A DNA stretch of 64,000 nucleotides, taken from Candidatus Bathyarchaeia archaeon (lineage in GTDB: Archaea > Thermoproteota > Bathyarchaeia > Bathyarchaeales > Bathycorpusculaceae). The number at the start of each line of letters is the position of its first letter. Position 1 is the first letter of the stretch. Location: the NCBI GenBank assembly GCA_049515895.1, contig JBEKTQ010000007.1, forward strand, positions 110,819 to 174,818. Reading direction: 5' to 3'. Under the pieces are notes generated by a model, which was not told the origin of the DNA, did no database searches, and saw only the letters and a list, made by a program, of their open reading frames with translations. This document shows positions 19,462 through 29,051 of this stretch, one piece after another. The position numbers were made by a program, and so were the translations under genes.

Positions 19462-21167
19462 TAGTAATCACCTTTCTGTTGGGGTAAACCGCAGCCTGGA
19501 GGCACAAAGGGCACAACGTCCTGCTCCGAGCCTATAGGCACATCGATCACCGTGGTAACATTACTGTTCAATGCTGTCTTAACAGCTTTGTGGAATTCCT
19601 CGATTGATGTTGCCCGCAGTCCTTGCGCTCCGTAAGCTTCCGCCAGCTTAACGAAGTCTGGTGTTCTGCCTAGGTTAACCGCCATGTAGCGTCGTTTGTA
19701 GAGCATTCTTTGCCACTGGGCAACCATTCCTAGTACCGAATTGTTCAGCACTATGACAGTAACCGGAATCTTTTCGGTAACGGAGCAGGCGAGTTCTTGC
19801 TCGCTCATTATGAAGCTGCCGTCGCCCGCTATGTCTACGACTGGTCTGTCTGGGCAAGCGACTTTTGCGCCGATTGCCGCTGGGAAGCCGAAACCCATCG
19901 TTCCTAAGCCTCCTGAACTGATGAACGATCTCGGCTTCAAAGCTTGGAAGTAAAGCGCCGACCACATTTGGTTTTGCCCAACTTCCGTAGTGACTATCGC
20001 GCTTTCAGGAAGAAGGTTCCTTAACTCAGTCAACAATGCCTTCGGCACTATGTCTCTTGGTCTCTCTTTCATCAGTGGACTCAGCTGTTCTTTTGCTTCT
20101 TTAACTCGCTTTGCCCAAGCGTTGCCTTCACCTTTACGCAGTTTTTCGCTTAATGCGGCAAGCAAAAGATTCAGGGCAGCTTTTGCGTCGCCGACTATGG
20201 GTACATCAACCTCAATGTTCTTGCCGATTTCTGCCTCGTCAATGTCTATATGGATTTTTTTAGCTTCATGCGCAAAAGAGTCCAAATTTGCTGTTGCACG
20301 GTCGGAGAATCTTGTTCCGACAGCTAGCAGAACGTCAGCTTCGCACATGAGCCTGTTCGCCGCTGGGTTTCCATGCATTCCTATGCTACCTACCGACAGA
20401 GGGTGACATTCCGGGAACGAGCCTTTACCCATGAATGTTGTAGCGACTGGTGTCATCAGCAGGTCAGACATCCGCATGATTTCGTCTGAAGCGTTCGAGA
20501 TTATGACTCCGCCGCCTGCAAGGATGATCGGACGCTCCGCTTTCGCAAGCAAACTGGCGGCTTCGCTAATCTTGCATAAGTCTATCTCAATCATTGACTT
20601 GTAACCAAAGGCTTCGATCTTGTCAGTTACCTCCACTTCGCCAGTGTCTGACTGCACGTTTTTTGGCAAGTCAATCAGAACCGGTCCCGGTCTACCCGTA
20701 GACGCTATGTAGAACGCCGTGTTAACGATAGTTGGAATCTCTGCAACAGTTCTTGGCTGGAAATTGTACTTAGTGATTGGGGTTGTGATTCCGATTATGT
20801 CGGCTTCTTGGAACGCGTCTCTGCCGATTAAGTATGAAGTGTTTACGCCTGAAGAGGGAACCTGCCCTGTCAATGCTACTATGGGAGAAGAATCCATGTA
20901 TGCGTTCGCTATCCCGGTAACCAAGTTTGTAGCTCCGGGCCCTGAGGTTGCCATGCAAACTCCTACTCGTCCGCTGGCTCTGGCATAGCCTTCGGCTTCA
21001 TGCGCCGCGCATTGTTCGTGCCTGGCAAGGATGTGCCTAATTTTTGCGTTGCCGCACAAAGCGTCATACACAGGAAGGATTGCTCCGCCTAAGATGCCGA
21101 AGATCACGTTCACGTTTTGGCGTTCAAGAGATTCTAGGAGTGCTTTTGCACCAGACATTTTAGTCAT
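19461..21167 (-). CDS. ilvB: acetolactate synthase large subunit
   Basis: RHEQ, TSGPGATN, GTMGFG, GDGSF..N TPP motif. Confidence 0.95.
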   Translation of the reverse strand: MTKMSGAKALLESLERQNVNVIFGILGGAILPVYDALCGNAKIRHILARHEQCAAHEAEGYARASGRVGVCMATSGPGATNLVTGIANAYMDSSPIVALTGQVPSSGVNTSYLIGRDAFQEADIIGITTPITKYNFQPRTVAEIPTIVNTAFYIASTGRPGPVLIDLPKNVQSDTGEVEVTDKIEAFGYKSMIEIDLCKISEAASLLAKAERPIILAGGGVIISNASDEIMRMSDLLMTPVATTFMGKGSFPECHPLSVGSIGMHGNPAANRLMCEADVLLAVGTRFSDRATANLDSFAHEAKKIHIDIDEAEIGKNIEVDVPIVGDAKAALNLLLAALSEKLRKGEGNAWAKRVKEAKEQLSPLMKERPRDIVPKALLTELRNLLPESAIVTTEVGQNQMWSALYFQALKPRSFISSGGLGTMGFGFPAAIGAKVACPDRPVVDIAGDGSFIMSEQELACSVTEKIPVTVIVLNNSVLGMVAQWQRMLYKRRYMAVNLGRTPDFVKLAEAYGAQGLRATSIEEFHKAVKTALNSNVTTVIDVPIGSEQDVVPFVPPGCGLPQQKGDY

Positions 21168-21264
21168 TTTTCATCGTTTTCTCCTTTCAACAAATATTCT
21201 CTCGTCTTGGGAAGAAATGATTGCAAAATTAGATTCAGTTTTTTCAGAGAGGTTCCTGGGAGAA

Positions 21265-21315
21265 TCAAAGAATAAGTACCCGACGATCCCAGCTATTGAG
21301 GTGACGATCCCTCAT
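21265..21315 (-). CDS. putative branched-chain amino acid leader peptide MRDRHLNSWDRRVLIL
   Basis: 16-aa ORF ending GTA CTT ATT CTT TGA (V-L-I-L-stop) 97 nt upstream of ilvB; GAGG upstream of ATG. Confidence 0.7.
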   Translation of the reverse strand: MRDRHLNSWDRRVLIL

Positions 21316-21359
21316 TTTCGTGCCTCTTAAATACCACGTACCTTAAAGGTATCATCCAA

Positions 21360-21378
21360 GTAAACATAAAAAGTTTAC
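21360..21378. promoter_or_regulatory. inverted repeat GTAAAC-N7-GTTTAC straddling a TATA-like TTTTTAT (minus strand)
   Basis: Seen in divergent ilv/cooT promoter region. Confidence 0.4.
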
Positions 21379-21580
21379 GGTGTCCAGCTAATACGCATCG
21401 GAAGTTTACACTATTCCTTTGCAAGTTTAACTTGGTAAATGCAAATAAGAACTTGTTCTCCTTAAGCAGTGTTAAGATTTTTCCAAATGGAATTTCGATA
21501 TGCAGAAAAAACCCCGGAAATAATTAACTGAAAGAAAGGTCTTATTACTGCGAATGCTTTTTTGATTGCTGTGAAACTTT

Positions 21581-21766
21581 ATGTGCGAATTTAACGTCAT
21601 CCTTGATGGGAAAACCCAGTTTAGAGACGTAATTTACGTTAAAGTTGAAGGTGACAACGTCACAGTCAGGAACATTTTGGGCGAATCAAAAGAGTTCAAA
21701 GGCTGCAAAATCCTCGAAGTCGACGTTAATTACACAAGGCTAGTACTCTCCTCCATAAAATCATAA
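21581..21766 (+). CDS. CooT-family nickel-binding protein
   Basis: MCE start, 61 aa, beta-rich ILGE...KI.EVD pattern. Confidence 0.75.
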   Translation: MCEFNVILDGKTQFRDVIYVKVEGDNVTVRNILGESKEFKGCKILEVDVNYTRLVLSSIKS

Positions 21767-21946
21767 TCAAGCTCGGTCTCTTAGCCTTCAAGATTTTTCA
21801 CTTACATAACTAAGGCTAATCTTTCTGACTAAAAGCTAATTCAACCCTAAACCCGGCTGCAGCCTCAAGGGAGCCTAAGCGTAACCTGGCAACAATAAAG
21901 GGCACCTATTATTTGTGACAAGAGATCACTACAAAAATTGTGGGTC

Positions 21947-23086
21947 CTAAGCGCTTGGGTTTGTGTTGTTATGAAGCTCTGACAACCTCAGCAGTGTCTC
22001 TTTGTAGACTTGGATCGCGTTCAGGTACTCACCAACGTCAATGTGCTCATCCAAAGTGTGGTCAAGGCGGGAGTTGCCTGGTCCATAAGTGACTATTGGC
22101 AGGTTCATAGCTTTACCCAGAATATTCATGTCGCCAGTCCCAGTTTTACGCAGAAGCGTCGCTGGCTTGTTCAACACTTTTCGGACAGATGAAGAAAAAA
22201 CATGCACCAGCGGAGAAGCCTTGTTCACCTCGAAAGGCTCCACGGTGTCCAGAACAGTTGCTTTCACAGAAATTTTCGGGTTAGCGGCTTGGTACTTCGC
22301 GATAATCTTCTCTATCTGTTCAAAAACCTGATTCGTAGAAAACTGGATTGGCACCCGCACGTCAATGTTCATTTCAGCTTCAAAAGGAACAACCGACATC
22401 GGTCTGCCGCCTGCAACCTTAACCAAACAAGCCGTGACCGCATTGAAAGGGCTTTCCGAAGGATCAAGCGAAGGATAAGAAGAAGCATTCTTGATTTGCT
22501 CCCAAACCTCATACGCTTTCTCCAATGCATTATCATAAAGCCACGGCGTTGAAGAATGCCCCGTCTCAGTTTTGCAAACGATTTTCAGCTGGATCTGACC
22601 CTTGTACGCAACTGTTATATTTTCAACGCCGCTGGGTTCACCGAAAATGGCGTAGTCAGCCTTAATACCCTGAGTGATAAGGTGTTTAACGCCTCGGCTG
22701 GTCGCTTCCTCCTCGACTACGCTTGCAACCAAGATTTTGCCTTTAAACCCAGGTTCCTTCGCAGCGGAAACCGCAGCCATGATCATAGCGGCAAGCGGAC
22801 CCTTCGCGTCTACAGCGCCTCGAGCGTAGATTTTGCCTTCTTCAATTCGAAGCGGCAAATGCCCAGCCACTGTATCCATGTGACCGCACATCAGGATGAC
22901 GGGTTGGCCTTCGCCGACTACGCCAATTACGTTTCCGATTGCGTCTTTGCCAACCTCAAAACCCATCTTTTTCATTTCAACCTCTAAAAAGTTGGCGGCA
23001 TCCTCCTCTTTTCCTGACGGGCTATAAATGCCCAAGAGGTTAGTTAGAAACCGTACTGCTTCTTGCTCGCTCATTCTCTTCGTCAC
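21947..23086 (-). CDS. lysK: [LysW]-lysine/[LysW]-ornithine hydrolase (M20)
   Basis: GHMDTV, RGAVDAKG, VEEE, GTGDMN, DHTLDE; cluster context. Confidence 0.9.
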   Translation of the reverse strand: MTKRMSEQEAVRFLTNLLGIYSPSGKEEDAANFLEVEMKKMGFEVGKDAIGNVIGVVGEGQPVILMCGHMDTVAGHLPLRIEEGKIYARGAVDAKGPLAAMIMAAVSAAKEPGFKGKILVASVVEEEATSRGVKHLITQGIKADYAIFGEPSGVENITVAYKGQIQLKIVCKTETGHSSTPWLYDNALEKAYEVWEQIKNASSYPSLDPSESPFNAVTACLVKVAGGRPMSVVPFEAEMNIDVRVPIQFSTNQVFEQIEKIIAKYQAANPKISVKATVLDTVEPFEVNKASPLVHVFSSSVRKVLNKPATLLRKTGTGDMNILGKAMNLPIVTYGPGNSRLDHTLDEHIDVGEYLNAIQVYKETLLRLSELHNNTNPSA

Positions 23087-24254
23087 CTAACACTTCATCT
23101 AGCACAGTCACTATTCGGTCAATCTGCTTCTTCTGAATTACCAAAGGCGGCAACAGGCGGACAACTGTCCTTCCAGCATCTAAAACTAAAACACCTTTCG
23201 CGGCCGTCTTCAAAATCACGTTCAGAACATCGAAGCGTAGCTCCATGCCAAGCATTAATCCTAAGCCGCGAACTTCTTTGACGATTTTATGTTTTGCCTG
23301 TATTCCTTCCAGTTCAGTCTTGAAGTAATGACCCATTTTCGAGGCGCACTCAGTCAAGTTTTCTTCCACAAGCGCATCTATCGCAGCGCATCCAGCTGCA
23401 CAAACCAGCGGACTGCCGCTAAAAGTAGTTGAGTGCTCACCAACTTTAAGGGCTGACATAATATTTTTCTTTGCAACGGTTATGCCTATGGGCAAACCAC
23501 CAGCAAATGGCTTAGCCAAACACATCACATCAGGTATAACACCCCAGTTTTGGCAACCAAAAAGCTTGCCCGTGCGCCCGAAGCTTGTTTGAACTTCATC
23601 AAAAATCAGTAAAACATTCTTCTCGTCGCAGATCCTCCGCACCTCTTGCAGGTAGCCTTCAGGTGGAACCCGGACACCGCCCTCACCCCGAATAGGCTCC
23701 ATAAGAAACGCTCCTGTTTTCTCGCTAATAGCTTCACGGATTTTATCGGCATTATCAGGGGCGACATGCTTGATTTCTGGAACCAGAGGCATGAAAGGCT
23801 CACGGTACTTTTTGTCCCATGTTGCAGAAAGCGCACCCATGGTCTTGCCATGAAATGCACCCATCAAAGCGATAATTTCTGGTTTGCCTGTGTATTTGCG
23901 GGCGAGTTTAATGGCGCATTCAACTGATTCAGCTCCGCTATTTGACAGAAACACTTTGTCTAAGCCTTTAGGAGTTATGTGAACAAGTTTCTCGACGAAT
24001 TCTGCGCGTTTGTCGTTGTAGTAACAGCTGTGGCAGGTGATAAGCTGCTCAGCCTGAGCTTGGATTGCAGCGACAACTTTTGGGTGACAGTGCCCTAGCA
24101 GGGCGACACCGTAACTGGTTGAGCAGTCAATGTATTCTTTGCCTTTAATGTCCCAGACAAGCGCGCCTTTGCCCTTTGTCAAAACGACTGGTTTTTTGGA
24201 GAAAACGTTTGCCATGAACCGCGTTTCAACATCAATTATTTCTTGTTCATTCAC
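23040..24254 (-). CDS. lysJ: [LysW]-aminoadipate semialdehyde/glutamate semialdehyde transaminase
   Basis: SNSGAES, FHGKT, DEVQT, AKPFAGG class III PLP motifs. Confidence 0.9.
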   Translation of the reverse strand: MNEQEIIDVETRFMANVFSKKPVVLTKGKGALVWDIKGKEYIDCSTSYGVALLGHCHPKVVAAIQAQAEQLITCHSCYYNDKRAEFVEKLVHITPKGLDKVFLSNSGAESVECAIKLARKYTGKPEIIALMGAFHGKTMGALSATWDKKYREPFMPLVPEIKHVAPDNADKIREAISEKTGAFLMEPIRGEGGVRVPPEGYLQEVRRICDEKNVLLIFDEVQTSFGRTGKLFGCQNWGVIPDVMCLAKPFAGGLPIGITVAKKNIMSALKVGEHSTTFSGSPLVCAAGCAAIDALVEENLTECASKMGHYFKTELEGIQAKHKIVKEVRGLGLMLGMELRFDVLNVILKTAAKGVLVLDAGRTVVRLLPPLVIQKKQIDRIVTVLDEVLGDEENERARSSTVSN

Positions 24255-25056
24255 CAGTTATCACTGTACCAACCTTATGATTCAATACTGAACTTATAGG
24301 TTCATTTCCGGTGCCCGCCGTGACTAAAACCTCTTTGACTCCTTGACTTAATGCCTCCAACGCCGCGTGCACCTTAGTACTCATGCCTTGCCCAATGCTA
24401 GATAAAACCTCTTTAACCTCGGTGGCAGCAATTTTAGGAACACACTCGCCTCTAAGCATTAAGCCCTGCACGTCTGTAAGAAGAATTAAGCGGTCTGCCT
24501 TCAATGCGCCAGCGATTATCGCCGCTGTTCGGTCGCCATCCACATTGAGCGGTTCCCAGTCCTGGCTAATCGCAATAGGGGTCACAATCGGCACGTACCC
24601 CTTATCAAGCAGAAGATTAAGAAGCTCGGCGTTTACCGAAGTAATTTTTCCTGTGTAACCGCCGTCGATAACTTTTTTGCGTCCCCGTTCGTCAACGGCG
24701 ATAAGTTTTTTTTTCCGTTCAGCCTTTAGGGTGGCTGCATCCAACCCCGTTAATCCCACTGCTGGTATGCCTTGGCTTTGAAGGGCTAGAACGATTTGTT
24801 TGTTGATTTTGCCAGCCATAACCATGGTGTAAATCTCAATGGTTTCTTTGTCGGTGTAGCGGCTTCTGAATCCTTCAGGTGAAACAATGAATTTTTGTTC
24901 TTTTCCGAGTTTTGAGGCTATTTCTGTGACTTCTACGCCGCCACCGTGGACGAGCACGACTTTATTGGTTTTGGCTACTTCTTTTAGGTCAGCGACTAAA
25001 TTTTGAGATGCGCCCTCTTTGAGTATGCTTCCACCCATCTTGATAACAAGCAGCAT
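24247..25056 (-). CDS. lysZ: [LysW]-aminoadipate/glutamate kinase
   Basis: KMGG, VHGGG, SRYTD, NVDGDR. Confidence 0.92.
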   Translation of the reverse strand: MLLVIKMGGSILKEGASQNLVADLKEVAKTNKVVLVHGGGVEVTEIASKLGKEQKFIVSPEGFRSRYTDKETIEIYTMVMAGKINKQIVLALQSQGIPAVGLTGLDAATLKAERKKKLIAVDERGRKKVIDGGYTGKITSVNAELLNLLLDKGYVPIVTPIAISQDWEPLNVDGDRTAAIIAGALKADRLILLTDVQGLMLRGECVPKIAATEVKEVLSSIGQGMSTKVHAALEALSQGVKEVLVTAGTGNEPISSVLNHKVGTVITGE

Positions 25057-25060
25057 GGTA

Positions 25061-26116
25061 TCACATCGGATGGAATCCAGTGCTCTTCAGGCCAGTGGTC
25101 TCATCAATGCCCAGCTGTATATTCATGCATTGCACGGCTTGGCCTGATGCGCCCTTGGTCATGTTGTCGATTGCAGAGAAAAGCAAAAGACGATTCGCGT
25201 GTTCATCAATCTCGAAGCCGATATCGCAAAAGTTTGTGCCTAAAGTAACTTTCGGGTCGGGCAACTGATAAGGTCCCTTCTGATACTTCACTAAGCGCAC
25301 GAAGGGTTCATTCCCGTACATTCCCCGAAGAACTCTCCAAAGGTCTTTGTTCTCCAACTTCTGTTTAGGAAAAGTATGAATAGTCGCCAGAATCCCCCGG
25401 ACCATATTGACTGCATGTGGGGTAAACGAGATTTTAACTGGGTCGCTGCTCAACGCGTTAAGTTCTTGTTCAACCTCGGCAGTGTGACGGTGACCAGCTA
25501 CTTGGTAGGGCCGTACTCCACTGAAGCGTTCAGGATGATGAGAGGAAATAGACGGTTTGCTGCCTCCGCCTGAAGAACCAACCTTGAGATCTACAACAAT
25601 TTTGTCTTTATCAACCAGCCCAGCCTTCACTATAGGTGCTAAACCCAAAATGGCGGATGTTGCCATGCAGCCTGGGCAACCGATTAACTTCGCGTTTTTT
25701 ATTTCTTCACGGTGAAGTTCGGGCAACCCATATGCGGCGCCTTTTAGCATTTCAGGGTGAGCATGCTTCCAACCATAATAAGTTTCGTAATCAGCTGGGT
25801 TTTTGAGGCGGAAATCAGCGCTCATATCGATTACCTTTAAGCCCGCCTCCAAAAGTTTGGGAACAAGATTCACTGAACCCCCATGCGGCGTAGCTGTGAA
25901 TATCAGATCGCAGTTTTTCTGCAACTCAGCCACGTCTAAGGGCACAAATTTCAACTGGGTTAAACCCCGCAGGTTCGGATGGACGTTGAAAACGAATTCT
26001 CCTGCGCTTTGCCGCGATATAACCATGGTTACCTCTGCTTGGGGATGAAGAAGCAGCAGCCGCAGGAGTTCACTGCCAACGTACCCCGAACCACCGATTA
26101 TTCCAACTCGCACCAT
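25061..26116 (-). CDS. lysY: [LysW]-aminoadipyl/glutamyl-phosphate reductase
   Basis: GGSGYVG, PGCMAT, GSSGGG, HHPER, DNMTKGASGQA. Confidence 0.92.
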   Translation of the reverse strand: MVRVGIIGGSGYVGSELLRLLLLHPQAEVTMVISRQSAGEFVFNVHPNLRGLTQLKFVPLDVAELQKNCDLIFTATPHGGSVNLVPKLLEAGLKVIDMSADFRLKNPADYETYYGWKHAHPEMLKGAAYGLPELHREEIKNAKLIGCPGCMATSAILGLAPIVKAGLVDKDKIVVDLKVGSSGGGSKPSISSHHPERFSGVRPYQVAGHRHTAEVEQELNALSSDPVKISFTPHAVNMVRGILATIHTFPKQKLENKDLWRVLRGMYGNEPFVRLVKYQKGPYQLPDPKVTLGTNFCDIGFEIDEHANRLLLFSAIDNMTKGASGQAVQCMNIQLGIDETTGLKSTGFHPM

Positions 26117-26141
26117 TTTTCATTCTTCCTTTTTCATTTGA

Positions 26142-27326
26142 TTAATGGTCTATTAGGCTTTGAGCAGCCTTCAGTAGGGGAACCGCAACGTTAAGCCCCG
26201 TTGCGAGTCTAGTATTCTCCCAGAACTCGGGACACGAATTTGATTCATGAAACACAAGAGCGCTTTTATTTTTTTCTACGCTCTCTTCAATGATGTTTTT
26301 GATATTTTCGTAAGAGTCACTGTTCGCGTAAATCTGGAATGCTTTTTCCAGCTTTGTGGTCCAAACTTGAAAATCAGTTAGGCGCATCTGATCTTGCTTA
26401 ACTTTCTGAACGGGCAAAAACGCTTGTCCAGCCTTATCTAACTGGCCCTTAAGGTAAACATCATCAACATTTTTGTTTTCCTGATGGTTCACCATTGCAT
26501 CCAATGCGAAAATCCATGCTTCGCTGCCTTTGCCCAACGTCTTGCCACATTTCACCGCAAGTTCCTGAATTGTTTTGGGTAGCTTGGCACCGAAAACTAA
26601 GTTGCCCAAGAAAGTGTTGGTTCTAAAATCTTTAAAACCGGCTCTTGCCATCGCAGTTGGGTAACAGACAGGCTGCTTGCCTTTTTCTTTTGAGACGATA
26701 ATCCGCAGGTCGTAAAACCACTTTTCAACCAGTTCCTGCGCGACTACGCCAACTGGATTGATGATTGACGGTTTTGTTTCCTTTATGTTACTGATAAGCT
26801 CCTCAGTATTTTTCGACAGCATGATCATCTTGCCATGCGTCCCAGCGTCAGCTTTAATAACAATGCCGTCTGACAGGGGGATTTCTTGCTGGATTAGATC
26901 TGCTATGTCTTTCTCATTATGGATTTCTTGCCCATTCTTGAGGGTGTCAGTTGCGTCGCATGGCACATAAACTGTCTTGGGAATTGGCAAGCCTTCCTTC
27001 CACAGCTTCAGCAAAGTGCGCAGTTTGCTGTAGCAGACAAATTCGGTTTGAGACGTGTTCAAAGTTTTTTTTCCAAGCTGTTCCATCATGTAAGAAGCTT
27101 GGAGGCGACGGTTTTTGCTTTGCGCGCGGTTAAGCACGACCGCGACGTCTTTGACTATTCTCGTATAGTCTTTGCCTTTAGTTTTAGCATTGAAACCGTC
27201 TTTGAAAATCGAGATAGCGATTTTTCTGAAGGGCAGAAAAGTCAAATCAACATCTAATTGTTGAGCAGTTAGTTTGATGCCGTTTTCATCGTTTTCGGAC
27301 CGTTCATACAAAAGAGCAATGCTCAT
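26142..27326 (-). CDS. lysX: divergent, enlarged LysX/ArgX-like ATP-grasp ligase
   Basis: Position between lysW and lysY; SKLRT, GTHG, YDLRI, FRTN..LG, HESN..PEF ATP-grasp motifs. Confidence 0.75.
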   Translation of the reverse strand: MSIALLYERSENDENGIKLTAQQLDVDLTFLPFRKIAISIFKDGFNAKTKGKDYTRIVKDVAVVLNRAQSKNRRLQASYMMEQLGKKTLNTSQTEFVCYSKLRTLLKLWKEGLPIPKTVYVPCDATDTLKNGQEIHNEKDIADLIQQEIPLSDGIVIKADAGTHGKMIMLSKNTEELISNIKETKPSIINPVGVVAQELVEKWFYDLRIIVSKEKGKQPVCYPTAMARAGFKDFRTNTFLGNLVFGAKLPKTIQELAVKCGKTLGKGSEAWIFALDAMVNHQENKNVDDVYLKGQLDKAGQAFLPVQKVKQDQMRLTDFQVWTTKLEKAFQIYANSDSYENIKNIIEESVEKNKSALVFHESNSCPEFWENTRLATGLNVAVPLLKAAQSLIDH

Positions 27327-27396
27327 CGCTTCTCTGCCTCCACCAAAAAATATTCAAGAAACTGAGTCAAATGAAGGCTTAGCGGTGAATAACTGG

Positions 27397-27570
27397 TTAT
27401 TCTCCCCAGTCTTCCCCTTCAATTGTTAACTCTTGAAGGTCTACGCATCCGCCTTTAACCTGTTTAACTTCGAGTTCAAGTCCGCAACCCGGGCAACTGA
27501 GGATTTCTCCTTTCTCTGCGTCAACTGGAACATCAAGCTCGGCGTCACAGTCAGGGCATTTTGCTTTCAT
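27397..27570 (-). CDS. lysW: amino-group carrier protein LysW
   Basis: CPDC...CPGC zinc ribbon and C-terminal EDWGE. Confidence 0.95.
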   Translation of the reverse strand: MKAKCPDCDAELDVPVDAEKGEILSCPGCGLELEVKQVKGGCVDLQELTIEGEDWGE

Positions 27571-27662
27571 GTTTTGGGAATTTGAATTTACAGGTTTAAT
27601 CATTTTTTATTCGTCACTTTATTTTTTATAGGAAATGACTTTTTCATTAATTCAATACTAAA

Positions 27663-27688
27663 TTTAAACATTGTGACTAATTTGTTAC
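27663..27688 (-). promoter_or_regulatory. operator + TATA of lysW operon (GTAACAAATTAGTCACAATGTTTAAA)
   Basis: 22/26 identical to 57034-57059 upstream of argG; imperfect palindrome TTGTRAC-N6-GTYACAA. Confidence 0.7.
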
Positions 27689-27852
27689 AACTTGAACTAC
27701 TAATGTTCCATTTGGTGCACCCGCCAAAAACGCTGAAAGTCACAAGAACATTCAACAAACGAGAAAAAATGACGAAAAACGTACCATGGACCAGCATCCA
27801 CAAGGGAAAACGTTAAATTTTCCACAAAGTAATAACCAATCGGCGGCAACAG

Positions 27853-28263
27853 ATGGACGAAAAAGACAAAGAAATACTCAAGCTTCTAAAAGACGACGCA
27901 AGAGCAGGCTACGGAGACATCGGAGCAAAAATCGGGCTTTCAGAAGGCGCAGTCCGAAAAAGAATCAAAACGTTAACCGACGAAGGAATAATACGAAAAT
28001 TCACCGTTAAGATCAGCCTCACGGAAGGTGCTCAAGCCATAACTTTACTTACAGCAAACACCGCCTGCCCAACGCAGGAAGTGTCAAAGAAGATCCAGGC
28101 GATCCCGAACGTTGAAACAACTTACGAGGTCAGCGGCGAATACGACATTGTCGCAGTCATCGGCGGCATGAACATGACTGAAGTAAACGAATGCATCGAA
28201 AAAATCCGCATGGTTGAAGGAATAGTCAAAACCAACACAATGATCGTTCTCCGCAGTTCCTGA
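27853..28263 (+). CDS. Lrp/AsnC family transcriptional regulator (LysM-like)
   Basis: MDEKDKEIL..L..DAR..Y..IG..IGLSEGAVRKRIK HTH; SGEYD RAM domain; divergent from lysW. Confidence 0.9.
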   Translation: MDEKDKEILKLLKDDARAGYGDIGAKIGLSEGAVRKRIKTLTDEGIIRKFTVKISLTEGAQAITLLTANTACPTQEVSKKIQAIPNVETTYEVSGEYDIVAVIGGMNMTEVNECIEKIRMVEGIVKTNTMIVLRSS

Positions 28264-28406
28264 TGCGGCTAACTCCGTGATTGCGGGCGGCCGAAAATAG
28301 TTTTCCCCTCGGATTCGTAGGTGTGTTGAACAGACAGGAAGTTGAAGGCAGAATTAATAATGTTTATTAATATTCCAGATACATGCTTTTGTTGGAGCTG
28401 TAGAAA

Positions 28407-29051
28407 ATGAATGAAAAGCTGCAAGAAAGCGCTCAGTACCTGAAGTGCTTCAACAACATGGAGATTGAAGCTTTCCGGGTTTATGAAGCGCTATCTAAGA
28501 AGATCAACCAGCCTGAAAGCAGTTTTGTTTTGGGGTTAGGCTATGACAGCCTTAAATGCTCAAAAATCCTTCAAGGGATACTCAGCCATCTTGACCTCTC
28601 TCAGATCGAAGGCTTAGAATGCAAAAAAGAAATTGCGGAGTTAGCAGCCGAAATTTCGAGGTTTACCAAAGTATTATCTACCATTAACAACTTGAGTCCC
28701 CTGCTTAGCTGCGAAATAATGAGTGAACTAATCAACATGGAGGACCTCTTGAACGAGACCTATACGAATTACCTGCAGGGTTCAGCCACCAAGTTTGTCG
28801 CGGACGAGTTTTCAGCGTTGATCCCCCAAAGCTCAAACAACTTTAAGCGAATCTTCGATTCGTTCGTTGAAGAAAAAGAAAGACACCGCCAAACCCTCAT
28901 CGAAGTTATCTACAGCCTAGAATCCAAAGAAGCCGAAAAAATCCGGCATGTAACACCAGTTGTCAAATACCAAAACCCCGACTCATGGTACCACGAATCA
29001 ACAATCCACGCCTTCACAAGGATCCCAATAAGGGCCAAAAACCAGCCTTAA
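28407..29051 (+). CDS. hypothetical protein, ferritin-like helical pattern
   Basis: E.EA...Y..L, DS.K and EE.ERH-like segments; 214-aa ORF. Confidence 0.5.
   Translation: MNEKLQESAQYLKCFNNMEIEAFRVYEALSKKINQPESSFVLGLGYDSLKCSKILQGILSHLDLSQIEGLECKKEIAELAAEISRFTKVLSTINNLSPLLSCEIMSELINMEDLLNETYTNYLQGSATKFVADEFSALIPQSSNNFKRIFDSFVEEKERHRQTLIEVIYSLESKEAEKIRHVTPVVKYQNPDSWYHESTIHAFTRIPIRAKNQP

Noticed and set aside
28264-28406. GC-rich intergenic segment examined as a possible tRNA/ncRNA
   Set aside because: No cloverleaf, T-loop or convincing stems
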